Below, piece after piece: positions 8,778 to 17,425 of a stretch of 32,000 bases of DNA (positions are counted from its first letter, which is position 1; each line of letters opens with the position of its first letter). Source of the stretch: Hyperthermus butylicus DSM 5456 (lineage in GTDB: Archaea; Thermoproteota; Thermoprotei_A; Sulfolobales; Pyrodictiaceae). The DNA lies in the NCBI RefSeq assembly GCF_000015145.1, contig NC_008818.1:1560001-1592000 (forward strand), given 5' to 3'. The notes beneath the pieces were generated by a model, which saw only the letters and a list, made by a program, of their open reading frames with translations, ran no database searches and had not been told where the DNA came from. Position numbers and translations under genes: made by a program.

Positions 8778-9320
8778 CTACACCCCGCTTCTTAGGTACC
8801 ATCCAGCGTCAACTATGTTTTGGATATATATCCTATTGTTGTACTTGACTAGCCTGCCCCAACCCAGTGGCTCCATACGCTTGTTTAGTACCAGGTAGGT
8901 GTCGTACTTGTTGCAGCTCCCTGTGTATTCTGCGATAGCCTCTATGGATGACTGAAACACGTCGCGGCCATAGAGGAAGAGTTTTTCAGCATGCTCCGTA
9001 ACAATCACGTATCCCGCCCTGTACCACCCAGCTTCCCGCCGTAGGAGCTGGGCTAGGCCGAGTAGGGGTATCAGCCTCCTCCTCCGAATCCTGGCTATAT
9101 GTACGCCTGCTGTGAATGGCTCCACAGAGACGCTGCTGTCGAGGTACCTGTAGAGTTCGCCTAGGAGAGCGTAGACATCCACAATACCGCTGCTGTGTTT
9201 GCATAGGAGGCTGTAGTGCTTTAGGACGTCTACTCCTACAATACACTCTACAAGCCCTCTAAGTAGGTCTCGTATCTCACTACTGCACATTCCTAGCTTT
9301 TTCTCTTCACCAACCTGCAT
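8778..9320 (-). CDS. NIP7-like PUA domain RNA-binding protein
   Basis: AGYVIVTEHAEKLFLYGRDVFQSSI is characteristic of archaeal/eukaryotic NIP7. The minus strand is confirmed by reading the stop (cta at 8778-8780) and start (cat at 9318-9320). Adjacent to a Nop2/Sun methyltransferase. Confidence 0.75.
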   Translation of the reverse strand: MQVGEEKKLGMCSSEIRDLLRGLVECIVGVDVLKHYSLLCKHSSGIVDVYALLGELYRYLDSSVSVEPFTAGVHIARIRRRRLIPLLGLAQLLRREAGWYRAGYVIVTEHAEKLFLYGRDVFQSSIEAIAEYTGSCNKYDTYLVLNKRMEPLGWGRLVKYNNRIYIQNIVDAGWYLRSGV

Positions 9321-10315
9321 ATTGTAAATCCCTCAGTCCCGTGTATGTGGGGGTAGAAGCGGCGGCACCTTGATACACGTCTGTCTAATTTTAGGCCAGC
9401 GTAGCTCTGCTTACCGGGTAACCCAGCCTTTATCGGTGGTTCCTCGAGATCCAGACTGCTGTACTCCTCAAGGATCCTTGTGACGACGTATTCATTTTCC
9501 TCAACCGATATGCTACAGGTTGCATATACGAGTACGCCATTGTCGGCTAGTGCCTCTATACCTGCTTTTAGGAGTTGGAGTTGGAGTTCCACCCTAGAGG
9601 CTATATCGTTGAAGCTTCTCGGCCAACGCCCCCGTTGGAATGCTAATAGACCCTCGCCGCTACAAGGCGCGTCGAGTAGTATTGCGTCGAAGCGTCCTAG
9701 TTGTGGTAGACGGCGAGCATCCATGTTTAGCGCAACTATGTTGAAGACTGCTAGCCTACTAGCATTGTTTTTGAGTGCGAGGAGCTTTCTCCGGTTTATA
9801 TCTAGTGCTACAATGTGTGCTTGTGGGCTATGCTGGGCTATCTGCGTAGTCTTTACACCTGCCCCGGCACACATGTCAGCTATCCTACCCTTCCCTGGAG
9901 GATCCAGCGCTGGGACTACCATCATCGATGCTGGCCCTTGAACCGTGTAGAGGCCAAGCATGTATTCGTGGGTTGCACCAATGGGTATTGGTTCTTCGAG
10001 GACTACGAGACCGTAGTCTATGTATGGATGTCTTCTCAGCCTAAATCCCTTTGCTTCCAGCCTCTCGGACACCTCTTCCGGATCTGCGAGCAGAGTGTTA
10101 ACCCTTATGGTTTTCATTACCTTGTCCTCGCCTGTTGACAGGAGCCTCTCGACCTCCGAGACCGTGTCAAACAGCTCTAGATATCTGACCACCTGGTCTC
10201 TGTGGAGACGCACACTATGATACTTCTCCACTAGGCTTTGAGCTAGGTCTCCGTACTTCTCCTCCAGCCGGTGAAATGCCTCCTTGAGTTCTCTCAGAGC
10301 TGCAGCTATATTCAT
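9293..10315 (-). CDS. RNA (cytosine-C5)-methyltransferase, Nop2/Sun (RsmB/NSUN) family
   Basis: 340 aa; MCAGAGVKTTQIA SAM-binding motif, DAPCSGEG and YATCSISVEENE catalytic motifs. Confidence 0.93.
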   Translation of the reverse strand: MNIAAALRELKEAFHRLEEKYGDLAQSLVEKYHSVRLHRDQVVRYLELFDTVSEVERLLSTGEDKVMKTIRVNTLLADPEEVSERLEAKGFRLRRHPYIDYGLVVLEEPIPIGATHEYMLGLYTVQGPASMMVVPALDPPGKGRIADMCAGAGVKTTQIAQHSPQAHIVALDINRRKLLALKNNASRLAVFNIVALNMDARRLPQLGRFDAILLDAPCSGEGLLAFQRGRWPRSFNDIASRVELQLQLLKAGIEALADNGVLVYATCSISVEENEYVVTRILEEYSSLDLEEPPIKAGLPGKQSYAGLKLDRRVSRCRRFYPHIHGTEGFTICRLVKRKS

Positions 10316-10402
10316 GGCTTTCCTCTCCGTGCTGCCAGGCCTAGCCGCAATATGCTTAGCCTGTCTGGCAGCGTGTCCAGCGAATCCGGGTGAGCGGGTT
10401 CT

Positions 10403-10924
10403 ATGGTTTATCGCGGCCTCTTTGTTGGCAGGTTTCAGCCGCTACACTGGGGGCACATCGAGGTTATTCGCTGGGCTCTCGAGAGGGTTGACGAGCTTAT
10501 AATAGCTATTGGCTCTGCACAAGAGAGCCACACGGTTAAGAACCCATTTACTGCTGGAGAAAGGATCGAAATGGTTAGGCTTGGATTACGGGATGCCGGC
10601 ATAAGTGCCGACAAGGTCTACATAGTACCGATTCTTGATATAGAGATGAATCATGTGTGGCCACGCTATGTTGAACTCATGGTGCCTAGGTTCAGCGTTG
10701 TTGTTGCTAGGAACCCGCTTGTTGTGAGGCTCTTCGAGGAATACGGTTACAAGGTGCTCGAGCCTCCAGCGTTTAGCCGGAGCGAGTATAGTGCAACACA
10801 CATCCGCGAACTCATGCTAAGAGGGGATAATTCGTGGCGCAACCTTGTACCACCCTCGGTTGCAAGATTTATAGACGAGATTAAGGGTGTTGATAGGCTC
10901 AGGGCTATAGCATCACACGACTAG
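10403..10924 (+). CDS. Nicotinamide-nucleotide adenylyltransferase, archaeal NadM type
   Basis: RGLFVGRFQPLHWGHIEVI nucleotidyltransferase motif; PFTAGERIEM; SATHIREL. Confidence 0.95.
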   Translation: MVYRGLFVGRFQPLHWGHIEVIRWALERVDELIIAIGSAQESHTVKNPFTAGERIEMVRLGLRDAGISADKVYIVPILDIEMNHVWPRYVELMVPRFSVVVARNPLVVRLFEEYGYKVLEPPAFSRSEYSATHIRELMLRGDNSWRNLVPPSVARFIDEIKGVDRLRAIASHD

Positions 10925-10943
10925 CATAGGGAGGGCTTGGACC

Positions 10944-12023
10944 TTGATAGTTATTGATGGCAGTATCGGTGAGGGTGGAGGCCAGATTCTACGGACAACA
11001 CTGGCTCTGGCAGCACTGCTCGGGAAACCGGTTAGGATAGTCAATATTCGCGCTAAGAGGCCAAGGCCTGGGCTACAGAGACAGCATCTTACCTCTGTTA
11101 AGGCTGTTGCAGAGTTAGCATCTGCCAGGGTTGAGGGCTTAGAGCTTGGATCTACTACGCTTGTATTCATCCCTCGCGGTCTCCGGAGCGGCAGGTTTTA
11201 CTTCAACATTGGCACTGCTGGCAGCATTACACTTGTCCTACAAGCTCTCCTCCCGGTTACAGCGTTTGCTCCAGGCCCGGTTGAGGTGGAAATTGTAGGT
11301 GGTACCGATGTGCCGTGGAGTCCTCCAATCGACTATGTACGGTTTGTACTCAGAAAGCTACTAGCAATGTTCGGCTTCGAGTTTGAGATCATTGTTAAGC
11401 GTAGGGGACACTATCCTAGGGGTGGTGGTAGAGTAGTTCTACGGGTGACACAGCCCCCTCACGTGTTGAAGCCTGTAAAGCTCGAGGAACGAGGCAAGGT
11501 GCTGCGTGTTGAAGGCTTATCTCATGCTGTCAGGCTTCCACGCCATGTTGCTGAGAGGCAGGCTAGGAGCGCAGAAGCTGTACTACGCTCAAAACTTCCA
11601 GGAGTACCCATATCCATTGATCTTGAATGGTATGAGCCTAGCCGCGACCCACACCTAGGGCCTGGAAGCGGTGTCGTAGTCTGGGCTGTTGCTGAGCACA
11701 GCGTACTTGGCAGTGACTCACTCGGCGCTAAGGGTAAGCCTGCAGAGGCTGTTGGTAGGGAGGCTGCCGAGAAACTACTAGAGGATCTCGCCACGGGCAC
11801 CGCTCTTGACCGCCATGCTTCCGACATGCTGATACCGTATGCAGCGCTTGCTTGTGGAGAATCAATACTTGGTGGTGCAAGGCTGACAATGCACGCCTGG
11901 ACTAACATCGAGGTTGTTAAGATGCTCGTGCCGGGAGCTGAGATGGAGTTTATTGAAGGTGGCAAGCTGAATGAGAAGTTTAAGCTGAGGGTGAAGGGTA
12001 TCTGCTACAAGCCTAGCTCCTAG
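10944..12023 (+). CDS. rtcA: RNA 3'-terminal phosphate cyclase
   Basis: IVIDGSIGEGGGQILRTTLALAAL...; RAKRPRPGLQRQHLTSVKA; GTEIVGGTDVPWSPPIDYVR-like segment; 359 aa. Confidence 0.95.
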   Translation: MIVIDGSIGEGGGQILRTTLALAALLGKPVRIVNIRAKRPRPGLQRQHLTSVKAVAELASARVEGLELGSTTLVFIPRGLRSGRFYFNIGTAGSITLVLQALLPVTAFAPGPVEVEIVGGTDVPWSPPIDYVRFVLRKLLAMFGFEFEIIVKRRGHYPRGGGRVVLRVTQPPHVLKPVKLEERGKVLRVEGLSHAVRLPRHVAERQARSAEAVLRSKLPGVPISIDLEWYEPSRDPHLGPGSGVVVWAVAEHSVLGSDSLGAKGKPAEAVGREAAEKLLEDLATGTALDRHASDMLIPYAALACGESILGGARLTMHAWTNIEVVKMLVPGAEMEFIEGGKLNEKFKLRVKGICYKPSS

Positions 12024-13170
12024 GCTCTGCTCCAGGGAAGAGCCAAGGCGTTTTACGCTTCAAACACTCAATAACCACATCTAGCAGCTCGCCTACACCT
12101 TGCCCATGCAGTGCAGATATCGGTATCGGCTTGTTGACACACCGCACGGACTGGTTTACATCACGTAGTAGCGATGAGGCCATCTCTATAGCTTTCTCCA
12201 CTTCCTCTCTAGCTGACGCATCAACCTTATTTACGGCTATAATTAGACCTGCCTCCCGGGGCTTCACTATACCCTCATATATACTGCGTAGTAGCCTCTC
12301 TTGGTTTTCAAGGCTTTGCACCTTCTCGGGTGAAGGATCAAGGAGAACAAGTACTATGTCTGGAAGTGTTTTGAGCGCCGCAAGTGCCTTCCTCTCGATC
12401 TCGTTGTGTAGCTCGAGAGGCCTCTCGAGGATTCCAGGCGTATCAACAACGTAGAAAACCATGCCCTGGTGGCGAGCCTTACCAACTATAATGCTCTTCG
12501 TAGTAAAGGGGTATGATGCTATCTCGGGTTCAGCTGTTGATATCCTGCGCACCAGTGTCGACTTACCTGCACTAGGTATTCCAGCAACAACTACCACAGG
12601 CAAACCCTCGGCGACGACATGTGTTTTTAGAAGCTCTCTACGCACCCTTTCTACCAGTTCTAGGTGTTTCCGCAACCTCCTAACAACTGATAGTATTCTG
12701 CCGCTACCCTCCTTACGTAGTCTCGCCGCCTCAACTGCAGACTCTGCTGAGGCTATTAGGAGCCTGTACTCTGCCCAGAAGTTCTTGACCAGCTTTAGTG
12801 CTCTACGTATTCTGCGTAGCGCCTCGTCGTACTCTCTGCCAACAAAGCTCTCTACGAGTACCCGGTGAAACTCACTCATCTCCCTAGTCGTGGGTAGCTT
12901 TGCTGCAGCCTGGAGCCTGCTGTAAGCCACGTTGAATACTACTTCGAGCCTCTTGATCTCAAACTCTATCTTGCCAGGTAGCCCCGGCTTACTCCGGCGA
13001 ATTCGTCGATATCTCTCGCCAACTATCCTAACTATCTCATCAGCTGTGTATACGTGCACCTCACGCAGCCTTCTCACAGTCTCAACTATCTTCTGGGCCT
13101 CTAGCTGCCTAGCCAACCAGGGTAGCTCCCTAGCCTCCATACTCCCCTCTAGGGGCAGCTGCAGCCACAC
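12013..13170 (-). CDS. OBG/NOG1-family GTP-binding protein
   Basis: AGIPSAGKSTLVRRIS (P-loop), YPFTTKSIIVG, DTPGILERP (G3), NKVD (G4). The 3' end overlaps rtcA convergently by 11 bp. Confidence 0.9.
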   Translation of the reverse strand: MWLQLPLEGSMEARELPWLARQLEAQKIVETVRRLREVHVYTADEIVRIVGERYRRIRRSKPGLPGKIEFEIKRLEVVFNVAYSRLQAAAKLPTTREMSEFHRVLVESFVGREYDEALRRIRRALKLVKNFWAEYRLLIASAESAVEAARLRKEGSGRILSVVRRLRKHLELVERVRRELLKTHVVAEGLPVVVVAGIPSAGKSTLVRRISTAEPEIASYPFTTKSIIVGKARHQGMVFYVVDTPGILERPLELHNEIERKALAALKTLPDIVLVLLDPSPEKVQSLENQERLLRSIYEGIVKPREAGLIIAVNKVDASAREEVEKAIEMASSLLRDVNQSVRCVNKPIPISALHGQGVGELLDVVIECLKRKTPWLFPGAEPRS

Positions 13171-13174
13171 CCTC

Positions 13175-13771
13175 TTAACCAGTTAGGCTAGCGGCTATAC
13201 TCATTGAGGCTAATGCCTCAGATAGCGATGGCTGACCCATACACTTGCGAACCCGCCTAGCAAGGCTACGCACCCGAGCCCTACTCACCCCATACCTTTC
13301 AGCAACTATCGATAGGAGGGGGTACTCGCCACGCATAAAGCTGAGGGCAAGCTCGACAACAACTCCACGCTCGGGTTCGGGTAGGCTACGCATGACATCC
13401 TCTAGACATTTATTGCTAGCTATAACGCTAAGTGCATGCCTATCACCGGCTGCTGCCTCCCTAACACGCTCCACACTCCTGCTACCAAGCAGCTTAGCTA
13501 GCTTCTCATAGAGCTTTAGGCCTGCAAACTCATAACGTACCACGTTAGCCTCAGTAATCGTGTACCTCTTCTCAACAGGCAAGCTACCAGCATGACTTAC
13601 TATGAGGGGTGGACCTGGAGACTCGTAGGATACTATGAGATCGTCAAGAACCGCTCCACAAGCTGCACATACGAGTTGGCCTCGTGCACTCTCGACTATT
13701 AACTTACTCGAGCCACAGTACGGACATTTTTCGAGCCTAATCAGCGGATAATACAACACCAAGATTGCCAC
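13175..13771 (-). CDS. TFIIB-like zinc-ribbon protein with short divergent helical C-terminus
   Basis: CPYCGSSKLIVESARGQLVCAACGAVLDD zinc ribbon; total 198 aa, too short for a canonical TFB with two cyclin folds; C-terminal HTH-like segment LLSIVAERYGVSRARVRSLARRVRK. Confidence 0.65.
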   Translation of the reverse strand: MAILVLYYPLIRLEKCPYCGSSKLIVESARGQLVCAACGAVLDDLIVSYESPGPPLIVSHAGSLPVEKRYTITEANVVRYEFAGLKLYEKLAKLLGSRSVERVREAAAGDRHALSVIASNKCLEDVMRSLPEPERGVVVELALSFMRGEYPLLSIVAERYGVSRARVRSLARRVRKCMGQPSLSEALASMSIAASLTG

Positions 13772-13943
13772 ACCATGACTGCTGCTTTACACCCCTTATA
13801 CTTGTATTGGAGTGGATGCCGCATCCACAATGGCTGTGGCCCAGCCGAAACTATTAGAGTTGGAGGATGGAAGAAGGAGGCCCTACCCGCAACACGCATA
13901 GTTATAGATAATAGTTATAACCCATACCCTAGCACAGACTGAT

Positions 13944-14570
13944 ATGGTGGCAGTGATGAGCTATGAGTATGGTACGGGTGCTACTGCAGTAGGAATACGC
14001 GGCGCCGGCTACGTCGTACTAGCTGCCGAGAAGAGAGTTAGCTATGGAGGCTTCATAATCAGCAAGACGGCACGAAAGGTCTACAAGATAACAGATTACC
14101 TAGGCCTTGCGCTCGCTGGCCTTTTCGCCGACCTACAAGCAATAAGTAAGATACTACGCGCTGAAATAGAATACTACAACATCGTGACAGGGCGTAGGAT
14201 ATCGGTAAGAGCTGTTGCAAGACTACTAGCAACAATACTCTACTCGTACAAGTACTATCCATTCCTCTCTGAGACGCTAGTTGGCGGCCTTGAAGCTGAT
14301 GGTACAGCAAAGCTCTACGTAATGGACCCCTTAGGCTCGCTTATTGAGGACGACTACGCAGCCATAGGCTCCGGAGCACCCATAGCTATAGGTATACTCG
14401 AAAACGGATATAGTAAGGACATGAGTGTTGATGATGCCAAGAAGCTTGCAATAGCAGCTGTACGAGCAGCGATAGAGAGGGACGCCATGTCTGGCGACGG
14501 GATAGACCTGCTAGTGATACGCAGGGAGGAGGACAGCATAAAGGCCGAAGAGGAGTCCATAACAATCTAG
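13944..14570 (+). CDS. psmB: Proteasome beta subunit, predicted non-catalytic (Ala at the Thr1 position)
   Basis: GTGATAVGIRGAGYVVLAAEKRVSYGGFIISK...GSGAPIAIGILENGYSKDMSVDDAKKLAIAA. The residue at the usual autocleavage Thr1 is Ala. Start possibly at the second ATG (MSYEYG, 13956). Confidence 0.9.
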   Translation: MVAVMSYEYGTGATAVGIRGAGYVVLAAEKRVSYGGFIISKTARKVYKITDYLGLALAGLFADLQAISKILRAEIEYYNIVTGRRISVRAVARLLATILYSYKYYPFLSETLVGGLEADGTAKLYVMDPLGSLIEDDYAAIGSGAPIAIGILENGYSKDMSVDDAKKLAIAAVRAAIERDAMSGDGIDLLVIRREEDSIKAEEESITI

Positions 14571-14592
14571 ACAGCCTCTGGGGCGGCTGTTT

Positions 14593-15336
14593 TTGACATA
14601 CAGCTCGGTTGCAAAGCTCATAGAGCTACAGAAGAGGCTCTCCAGGAGGATAGTCTCAAGCCTAAAACCCATGGATACAGCAAGCATAAGAAGAATAGTC
14701 GGCCTAGATGCCGCGTACTCCAAGCGGTACGGTGGAGTTGCAATAGCAGCCCTTACAACCCGCGACGGCCAGCTACTCACATACTCGGTTGCACTAGGAG
14801 AGCCACCACTGCAATACATACCCGGCCTACTAGCCTTTCGAGAAGCCCCACTCTTCTACACAGCGCTACGCCTACTGGACAGTAATTATGATCTAGTAGT
14901 TGTTGACGGCCACGGCATCTCGCACCCCCGCAGAGCTGGCATAGCATCACACATAGGTATAGCTATAGCAAAGCCCTCCATAGGTGTTGCAAAAAAGAAG
15001 CTTTACGGCCACGAGCAGATAGTAAGCGAGGACTGTAAACCACCCTGCATAGCCGGGTACGTGGTAGATGAAGATACCGGAGAGAAGCTTGCAGCAATAG
15101 TTAGGACTGGAAGGAGCAAAAAGAGCCGCCTATACGTAAGCCCAGGAGCCTACACAGACCTAGACTCTGCTACTACTATAGTACTTGAACTCCTAGAGGC
15201 TAGGAAGACACCACTACCCGCACCCACATATCATGCTGACCGCATATCAAAGACTATAGCACGACAGCTGGACAGCGGCGAGCTAAGCCCGAGAAGCCTT
15301 AAGAAAAGACACCGCACATTACTAGACTACATCTAA
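14593..15336 (+). CDS. nfi: Endonuclease V (deoxyinosine endonuclease)
   Basis: VGLDAAYSKRYGGVAIAAL...EPPLQYIPGLLAFREAPLF...DLVVVDGHGISHPRRAGIASHIGIAIAKPSIGVAKKKLYG. Confidence 0.95.
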   Translation: MTYSSVAKLIELQKRLSRRIVSSLKPMDTASIRRIVGLDAAYSKRYGGVAIAALTTRDGQLLTYSVALGEPPLQYIPGLLAFREAPLFYTALRLLDSNYDLVVVDGHGISHPRRAGIASHIGIAIAKPSIGVAKKKLYGHEQIVSEDCKPPCIAGYVVDEDTGEKLAAIVRTGRSKKSRLYVSPGAYTDLDSATTIVLELLEARKTPLPAPTYHADRISKTIARQLDSGELSPRSLKKRHRTLLDYI

Positions 15337-15371
15337 GCATAAGCTATGTGCAAAAGCAATCAGTGTACTCC

Positions 15372-16421
15372 TCAGCCTATCACACCTGTGACTCGTGCAA
15401 GCCTCTCAGCTGCTTCCCACGTGAGGCCAGATTCTCCGAGAATAGTGTATCGTTCAGGCCTAATCCTATGCGCCATGGTCAACGCCTTTACTATGACCTC
15501 GTCACTTAGCCCCAGCTCCTTCGCTGTAACCGGCAGTCCAAGCCTCCTAATGGTCCTCCTAACATGCCTCCAATCACCACCATGCAGGTACATCATCATA
15601 ATAGTGCCGAGCGCAACCTCCTCACCATGCAGTGCTTTACCGGGGGCAATCAAGTCAAGTGCATGTGCAAAGAGGTGCTCAGAACCGCTAGCAGGCCTCG
15701 TAGATCCTGCGATACACATTGCAACACCACTACTCACAAGGCCCTCAACAAGCACTCTAACAGCCTCCTTAACACCACGTCCAATCTGGCTAGCATACTC
15801 TATCACATGCTTGGCCGATAGGAGGGCAAGCTTAGCAGCATACTCACCATAATACTCCCCCTTGAGCTTATGTGCCAGCCTCCAATCCCTTATAGCTGTG
15901 AGCTTAGCTATGAGGTCGCCTGCACCAGCTCTAATAAGCCGAATCGGAGCCGAAGCAATAATGTCTATATCAGCAATAATAGCTGCAGGAGTTACAGTTC
16001 TCACCGAGTGAGGCTTATCGAGGCCCTTAAGAGAGGTGAATGGTGAGGCAATACCGTCATGTGATGGACTAGTTGGGACACTAATCATTCTAACGCCGAG
16101 CCTATAAGCAACATACTTAGCAAGATCTATCGATTTACCGCCACCAAATCCAACTACAAGCGAAGGTGAATAAGCCTTCACATCCTCCAGCAGCTTCTCT
16201 GCATATTCTACCGAGGCATTACGCGCCTCAAAGAAGCTATATTCGACAAATCCTTCAACAATGCTCCTAAAACGTTCACCGTACAACCTCCATACATTAG
16301 GGCCGGAAATAACAGCTATAGAGCTGTTCCTCCCTGCAAACTCTTCGAGAACCTCTCGGAGTGCATCTATAGCACCGCTACCAACAACAATCTTCTGCGG
16401 AAGCTCTATGCGGTGAAGCAT
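15372..16421 (-). CDS. egsA: sn-glycerol-1-phosphate dehydrogenase (archaeal lipid biosynthesis)
   Basis: VVGFGGGKSIDLAKYVAYRLG...SVPTSPSHDGIASPFTSLKG; AGAGDLIAKLTAIRDWRLAH; 349 aa. Confidence 0.95.
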   Translation of the reverse strand: MLHRIELPQKIVVGSGAIDALREVLEEFAGRNSSIAVISGPNVWRLYGERFRSIVEGFVEYSFFEARNASVEYAEKLLEDVKAYSPSLVVGFGGGKSIDLAKYVAYRLGVRMISVPTSPSHDGIASPFTSLKGLDKPHSVRTVTPAAIIADIDIIASAPIRLIRAGAGDLIAKLTAIRDWRLAHKLKGEYYGEYAAKLALLSAKHVIEYASQIGRGVKEAVRVLVEGLVSSGVAMCIAGSTRPASGSEHLFAHALDLIAPGKALHGEEVALGTIMMMYLHGGDWRHVRRTIRRLGLPVTAKELGLSDEVIVKALTMAHRIRPERYTILGESGLTWEAAERLARVTGVIG

Positions 16422-16523
16422 AACTTACACAGCACCTAGCTCTGAAACGCTCTGTAGAAGCCAGGAAAATAAACTCTATTTAGGCTTCCCGCATTGTAAG
16501 CCCCGCATACCGGGTAGCAAGAC

Positions 16524-17162
16524 TTGCTACATCATCCCGGTACAGGCCAGCTGAGAGCACTGAAGGGCACAACAACTGTTGGCATAGTATTCCGCGACTT
16601 TGTGGTACTCGCAGCAGACCGCAGGGCAACCGCAGGTTACTTCGTAGCACACAAGAGGACCAAGAAAATAATCAAGATAACAGACTACATGGCAATGACT
16701 ACTGCTGGTCTCGTAGCAGATGCGCAAATGCTGGCTGAATGGCTGGCAAACCACACACACTACTATGAGATAGTCAACAAGAGGAGGATGAGCATCCACG
16801 CAGCCGCCCAGTACCTATCAATAATACTACATTCTGCAAAGTTCTACCCATACATAGTACAGCTACTCCTTGGAGGCTACGATACACAGCCAAGACTATA
16901 CAACATAGACTGGTTCGGCAGTGTAACAGAGGAAAAGTACGTCGCTACGGGCTCCGGCTCGCCAACAGCTATAGGCGTCATAGAAGATCAGTACAGCCCT
17001 AACCTGAGTATGGAGGAGGCTGTAGAACTCGCAAAAAGAGCCGTAGCATCCTCCATAAGGCGCGACACCTTCACCGGCAACGGTGTGGACGTCGTAGTCA
17101 TAGGCAAGGACTTCTACCGCGAATACTCCTTCGAGCTAAAAGACATACTGAAAACCAAGTAG
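16524..17162 (+). CDS. psmB: Proteasome beta subunit, predicted catalytic
   Basis: Short propeptide then G|TTTVGIVFRDFVVLAADRRATAG...GSGSPTAIGVIEDQY; TTG start at 16524. Confidence 0.94.
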   Translation: MLHHPGTGQLRALKGTTTVGIVFRDFVVLAADRRATAGYFVAHKRTKKIIKITDYMAMTTAGLVADAQMLAEWLANHTHYYEIVNKRRMSIHAAAQYLSIILHSAKFYPYIVQLLLGGYDTQPRLYNIDWFGSVTEEKYVATGSGSPTAIGVIEDQYSPNLSMEEAVELAKRAVASSIRRDTFTGNGVDVVVIGKDFYREYSFELKDILKTK

Positions 17163-17262
17163 GACTAAACCTAGGTAGTATGGATATGGCATAAGTTTCT
17201 AGGATAAAGCCATAGCCATATTTCTGGCCACATTTGCCGAAAACCTAATAACACCCCAAATG

Positions 17263-17276
17263 GCCGAGGCCTCGGC
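17263..17276. repeat. Perfect 14-bp palindrome GCCGAGGCCTCGGC in the intergenic region
   Basis: Read directly in the tggccgaggcctcggctgg context between psmB and the FttA gene. Confidence 0.5.
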
Positions 17277-17425
17277 TGGAAGAAGCCCGAAGTCACTCCA
17301 CCTTTTCGCACAGCCCAAAATGGAGGTGTAGCATACACATTCAAGCAGATGCTGTGCCTCCAATAGGCAGTTTAAGCAAAACACTTCACCCAACTTGCCT
17401 CAACGAGTAGGAGGTGTAACAGCCA

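Noticed and set aside
11522-11965. 147-aa minus ORF opposite rtcA
   Set aside because: Antisense to conserved RtcA; shadow-frame composition.
17199-17393. 64-aa minus ORF in the psmB-fttA gap
   Set aside because: No motif, no evident promoter or ribosome-binding site; more likely random ORF in non-coding DNA.
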